Below are positions 59,159-64,000 of a stretch of DNA of 64,000 bases, piece after piece. Position numbers and translations under genes: made by a program. The notes beneath the pieces were generated by a model that made no database searches, was not told the DNA's origin, and worked only from the letters and a program-made list of their open reading frames with translations. The DNA lies in the NCBI RefSeq assembly GCF_000281045.1, contig NW_008246089.1:330737-394736 (forward strand), written 5' to 3'. This DNA is from Saprolegnia diclina VS20. Its lineage: Eukaryota. Every line of letters starts with the position of its first letter. The stretch's first letter is position 1.

Positions 59159-60846
59159 CTAGTGCTCGTGGTCGTAGCCGCGCGCGATGCCTAGAGCGCC
59201 TTGGACTGCAGCGTGGGGGGCGGTCTCGCCGAGGCGGGGCTCGAGGCCGCGGTACTCGCGCGTCTGGAGGAACTCGGCGGCTTCGCTCTTGTACACCGAC
59301 AGTTGCTGGCTCTTGCCGTCTTTGGTAGCCAGCGCCGTTGTCGTAGCGTCATTCTCGTCGTCCTCATGCTCGTCGTCGTCCGAAGCGGCGCCATGGCGGC
59401 TGGACATGTACGTGCCAGTAACAAGCGAAAAGTAGGGTTCGTCCGAGACCGGCGCATCTTCGATGGTTGCGGCGGTGGCTTCGAGGGCCGGCAGCACCTC
59501 TTCAAAGTCCGACTTGTACTGCGCTGTCCACTCGGCGTCGTCGTCCAGCGCCAGTTGCAGCTCGTACCTACGCACGGTTTAGAGGCATTTCCGATGTGGG
59601 AGTATTGCATACGGCGTAATGATGGGCTTAAAGTAGTCGGTGCTGTCAAAGAGCGAGTTTTCCGGGCACGCGACAAGGACAAAGAGGTCGATTTCCGCAA
59701 AATTCGAGAGCTTGGGCACGTTGATCTTGCCAACGACAAAGGTATACGACTTGCGCCCGCTCCTACGATTGGATATATCCATTGGATACTTGGACAGTGC
59801 GTTCATGAGTGTACTTGGCGATCAAGTCTTGCATCGTGTGCACCACGTCGAGGTACTTGGCGACGCCGAGCGTCCCCATGAGGATGCCAATGATCTGCGC
59901 TTCCTTGGCGCGCTGCACGAGAAAGTACCTACCGCCATACGATCCATATGCGTTCAAGCATGCACGTGGCTACCGGCGGTTGAGCGTGCGATTGATCCCT
60001 CCGCCCTCGCGCCGCGCCTCCTGCGTCGTCGGGTTGAACGAGAAGCACGGCGTCTCACCGCAACGCAGCAAGATGTTGGTCAAGTGCGACGTCTCCTTCC
60101 CAATGTACAGGAGCGTCGTCGACGCGCTAAAGAGCTCGGTCGCGGCCATCGGCACTGTCATGCCGCCGATCGTCGTCGTCGTCGCCTCGTTGTCGGTCGT
60201 CGGGGCGCCTGTTCATGGCGTGAGCATACGACATTGGCAAGGTCGAAAGTGTACCTGGAATGTACATGGTACGCATGACGCTGCAGACAAATGACGTGGC
60301 GGTGTGGCGTGCGGCCAGCGCCGACGTGATCGACGCAGCAAGGTACGCGTAGCACGGCTCGTACATGACAACGACCCGTGTCGGCGCCTCGAGGTTGCGC
60401 AAAGTCGCTTCGAGGCCATCGCACACCTGGTTGATCTCGCACGGCGCGTTGCCAAAGACGTAGATCACAGGCAGCGTCGACGTCGGGCTCAAGCACGCGC
60501 GGCCATAGTGCACGACGACGTCCGCCTTGAGGTGCTGCGCGGCCACTTCGTCGACGCAGCAGCTGCCATACGACGTGTCGCCAAGCACGAAGAGGCGGTT
60601 GAGCTCGTGGCCGCGCAGCGCGTCCTTGAGCAGCGACTGCACCTTTTGCGCGTCGGGCAGGAGCGCGTCGGGGAACTGGAGGGCGATTGCCCGGTAGCCG
60701 TTGGCGGCGATGGTTGCGGCCGTGGCGCGGACGTCGTAGAAGGCAGCGACGTCGGCGGAGCTCAGGACGACGTCGTCGTAGTGGATCTCGATCGTCTGCT
60801 GCATGGCCCGCGACCCATCGTCGACGGCAAACCCGGTCGACGCCAT
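59159..60846 (-). CDS. DPH2: diphthamide biosynthesis protein 2, multi-exon
   Basis: [52 protein letters not shown] and DPH2-type C-terminus YRGLE...GALGIARGY. Confidence 0.9.
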
Positions 60847-61398
60847 CGAGCTCGAAATTGTGATGCCTGCACGTGATTGGATAAATATCCGCGCCGTGAC
60901 CACCAATGAATGTCCTTTCCGCGTGGCTAACCCCACGCAATCGTAGCCGTTGCCTTCAACGGCGCTATGCTGGTTCACGATGTCCCTGGCGCCGCTCTAC
61001 CTTGGTGGTCACATGATTGGTTTCGTATCCCGGACGTCTACAGGATGCGACAACATGTATTGGAGACGCCCACTATGTGCTCTACCAAAGCATAGACGGT
61101 AGTCATTGGGCCGTGAGATGGATGCCGACGACCAGGGCAACCACCAAAGCATCATCTGTACATAGCACCGAGACATGATATCGGTAAATACAGACAAGGA
61201 AGATCGCGCTGGTAATGACACTACGAGCTCTTGAATGTGACTGTCGGCCCGCTGCCAACAAAAGCAACGCAATTGTGGTTTAGGTGGCGTGCGGTTAGCC
61301 TGTCAATGGATCCAACGGACCAATCAGCGCGCCAACCGATCAACAGATCTTGCGTTGCGAGCCGCCAGCACGCACGCATGGTCGGTCGACTTTGAGAA

Positions 61399-61998
61399 AT
61401 GGCGTGCGTCGCGTCCCTCTGCGCAAGCGTCGCATTTGCCTGCCGCTGGGTCATGGGCGGTCTCTGCCCCGCGCCTCTCGACCTCGGCGCCGACCGAACA
61501 GACGACGAGTGGCACGCAGCTCGGAAGCGGTCGCTCCTCACCCTTCGCGGCTACGATCGCATTTCGCTGGCCGCGAACGGCGAAGCCATTACCCACCACC
61601 ACGACATCCTCACGCTCGAGCGCACGCTTGTGCCCATGGTCGATAAGGCGACCAACACGGGCTCGACGAGCTCCAATGCCCGTGGTAGTACCAACTCGAC
61701 CAAGGGCCGGATGCCCAACCTCCATACGTCCGAGCGCGGCCAGCGGTACCAAGCGCGCTTCCAGGCCAAAGTTGAGGCGCTTCAAGCCTTGGCGGCGCGG
61801 CAGCGAGTCTTTAAAGCCAAGCCGCTCCCGAAACAGTACATGTACACGGCCGTGCCGACGGCGTCGCTCGAGCAGGAGCGGCGCGCGATTGCGTCCGAGC
61901 GCCGACAGCTCTCTCTCGACATGCTCGCGCTGCTCCACACGCTGGCAACGCGTCAAAACGACCGCCACCTTGTCTACGTCCCGCTCGAACGGAGTTGA
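61399..61998 (+). CDS. hypothetical basic protein with TPX2-like FKAKPLP motif
   Basis: 199 aa ORF; only a short motif supports it; start uncertain. Confidence 0.35.
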   Translation: MACVASLCASVAFACRWVMGGLCPAPLDLGADRTDDEWHAARKRSLLTLRGYDRISLAANGEAITHHHDILTLERTLVPMVDKATNTGSTSSNARGSTNSTKGRMPNLHTSERGQRYQARFQAKVEALQALAARQRVFKAKPLPKQYMYTAVPTASLEQERRAIASERRQLSLDMLALLHTLATRQNDRHLVYVPLERS

Positions 61999-62040
61999 TA
62001 CTGTGATAGTTCGATACATTATTGAAAGATGATTGCATTG

Positions 62041-63750
62041 CTACTCAAACTGCTCGGCGTGGAACGCAAAGTGGGTCGTCGCATCGCTGTAGCTGTCACA
62101 AATGGCTTGCACGTCGCGCGCCATCGCCTTGGCGCCGCAGTGGAAGACGCCAACCGTGTCGTCGGCATGCGCCGCCGCCAAGGCCTCAAAAATCGTCGGC
62201 CACGCTGGGCGACCGCGGTGCACCACGTGCCGCGCGCTCGAGGTGACGGTCATTGCGTCACTGGCCGTCAAGAAGCACTGCACATCGACAATGCCGTTGA
62301 CATCGAGACGCGCGACGTCCTGCATTGTGTCGTGAAACCACTCGAACGACTCTTCTTCCCGCGCGACCCAGAACACATGGACGCGCTGCGTCACGCACGA
62401 CGGCGGGTGCACGAGGTGGTCACATGCGGCGCACTGGTGGCGGTTCCACACGTGGAGAAGGTCTCGAAGGATCGACACAAACGGCGTGATACCAATGCCG
62501 CCGCCGATGAGCACGATCGTCGAGTAGTCGCGGTAGGCGACCGCTGGCGTCCCGATGGGTCCATCGAGAAAGAGCATGTCGTTCGGATGAAGGTCGCGGT
62601 GGTAGAGCGCCAACGTCCAGTCGCCGGTGACACGAATGTGGAGCGAGAGAAATGCATCGTCGGGGGCCGACGTGAGTGTGAACGGGTGCCACTCGCACGC
62701 TGCGAGGCTCGGGATGTTGACGTAGACAAACATGCCAGGCACAAAGGTAAACCCCTTGGGCTTGACGAGGTGTAGGCGCAGCGTGTCGCGAAAATGAACG
62801 ACGTCCGAAATGCGGACAGCGTCGACCGCGCGCTTGGCGATGCGTACACGCCGCTCGACGAGGTATATGAGGAGCGGCGGCCCGATCCAGAGATACGATT
62901 GGGCCGTGCTGAACCATGACGTGGCGCCATGAAACGAGAGCAAAACGAGAAAGAGTAAGAACATGAGGTGGCTGTACCAAAAGACGTTGAAGTGACGCCG
63001 CCGGACGCATGGCAGCACGGCCAATGGCACGGCGATAAGGATGATGACGAGCATCGCGCCGCCCGTCCAAAATGGCAGTGAGGCGCACAGCTTCCTGAGT
63101 GGCGGCCACGCTGTCGCGTCACGGAGCAGCGGGATGAGCGCCTTGACGTACGATGCGTCTGCGTCGGCGGGTACCGGGAGGGCATAAAAGAACACAAGGT
63201 TGGCCACATGCGCGCCGACATGTAGCAGACCTGCGAGGAGGAGCACGATACCCGAGAGCTTGTGGAACACCATGGCTTGCTCGATCGGCACATAGTACGC
63301 GAGGCTTGGAACGAGCCGCAGAAGAGCAAAGATGCAGCGGCAGAACGGAAGCAGCACGAGGAGGCTGTTGAGCATGACAACCTGCGCACACCCGCGCGCG
63401 ATCGTGAGGCCGTAGCCGACAACCGCGTCCTTGGGGTACTGCATCGTCTTGGAGCAAAAGGCCGCCGCGTTGCCCAGTGTGTAGAGGAGAAGCCAGAGCA
63501 GTGGACGGCGGTGGCGGCGGTAGTACGCGCGTATCGAGGCACACCGTGGTGGTGGTGGTGGTAGTGTCTGCCTCGTGGCAAGGTTTGGCCGGTCGTGGGC
63601 GCGTAGCGTCTGTACCACCTCGAGGTGGGCACCAACCTCTTTTACGGGACATGGCTCGTCGCCGCCAATCGACGACGAATTGGTGGTCCAGCAGTGCTGG
63701 CTGCGCGTGTGCTCGTTCTTGCTGTCGAAGGCCGCGTACATCGAGTCCAT
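62041..63750 (-). CDS. NADPH oxidase (gp91phox-like Nox, no EF-hands), intronless
   Basis: Heme His pairs FHK...H (14 apart) and SH...HG (13 apart); EWHPFT, LHIRVTGDWT, DGPIG, GGGIGITPF, VFHCG; start placed at MDSMY by the upstream Inr/FPR. Confidence 0.85.
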   Translation of the reverse strand: MDSMYAAFDSKNEHTRSQHCWTTNSSSIGGDEPCPVKEVGAHLEVVQTLRAHDRPNLATRQTLPPPPPRCASIRAYYRRHRRPLLWLLLYTLGNAAAFCSKTMQYPKDAVVGYGLTIARGCAQVVMLNSLLVLLPFCRCIFALLRLVPSLAYYVPIEQAMVFHKLSGIVLLLAGLLHVGAHVANLVFFYALPVPADADASYVKALIPLLRDATAWPPLRKLCASLPFWTGGAMLVIILIAVPLAVLPCVRRRHFNVFWYSHLMFLLFLVLLSFHGATSWFSTAQSYLWIGPPLLIYLVERRVRIAKRAVDAVRISDVVHFRDTLRLHLVKPKGFTFVPGMFVYVNIPSLAACEWHPFTLTSAPDDAFLSLHIRVTGDWTLALYHRDLHPNDMLFLDGPIGTPAVAYRDYSTIVLIGGGIGITPFVSILRDLLHVWNRHQCAACDHLVHPPSCVTQRVHVFWVAREEESFEWFHDTMQDVARLDVNGIVDVQCFLTASDAMTVTSSARHVVHRGRPAWPTIFEALAAAHADDTVGVFHCGAKAMARDVQAICDSYSDATTHFAFHAEQFE

Positions 63751-63761
63751 TTGGGCAAAGT

Positions 63762-63779
63762 GCAAAGTCGAATGAAAGC
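63762..63779 (-). promoter_or_regulatory. oomycete Inr/FPR core promoter of the Nox gene
   Basis: Minus strand GCTTTCATTCGACTTTGC ~12 nt upstream of ATG 63750. Confidence 0.5.
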
Positions 63780-64000
63780 AAGTTAGTCGGTGATCGTCCC
63801 AGTATTCTGGCGTATCCGAGCTGTTGGACCATGACGTTTGCAAAAAACGCATCATGGTCCAACTTGTCGCCACCGATGGACAATCTCAGAAGGACTCAGA
63901 TCTGCTCGGATACTGCAACTGTCCGCATGTAGTCAAGTTCAAACAGCTGCTCGCTTCAAGACTGTCGTCGCGCTACGGAAGGATGCGCAAGTCGCCTGAT

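Noticed and set aside
63751..63873. N-terminal extension of the Nox ORF in the ORF track
   Set aside because: An Inr/FPR motif at 63762-63779 suggests transcription starts downstream, favouring ATG 63750

Overview
Gene-dense, GC-rich eukaryotic DNA with many short (~45-60 nt) GT-AG introns and oomycete-type Inr/FPR core promoters. The source is most consistent with an oomycete, probably Saprolegniales (inferred from gene content and promoter motifs). About 26 protein-coding genes plus two apparent pseudogenes can be assembled. Housekeeping genes include CCT8, a MARCH6/DOA10 ligase, Sec15, ALG3, DPH2, kinesin-14 and maspardin. Ciliary-type genes include a WDR34-like 3' end, a tectonic, a SHIPPO-repeat protein and a KIAA0825-like protein. 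Secreted proteases, a Nox and two (GATA)n microsatellites are also present. No rRNA, tRNA, CRISPR array or intact transposon was recognised. The notable signals are unusual domain fusions: (1) a giant ankyrin/TRAF-zinc-finger protein carrying a dynein-like coiled-coil stalk and microtubule-binding domain without a motor; (2) ALG3 spliced in-frame to a DUF2470-like domain; (3) a STE20 kinase fused to a RopGAP-like CRIB-RhoGAP; (4) a signal peptide-Kelch-TM-RING receptor-like E3 ligase; (5) an alpha/beta-hydrolase with a degenerate triad and a PDZ-like insert. All domain calls were made by eye from recalled family motifs, not database searches, and multi-exon coordinates are approximate gene spans.
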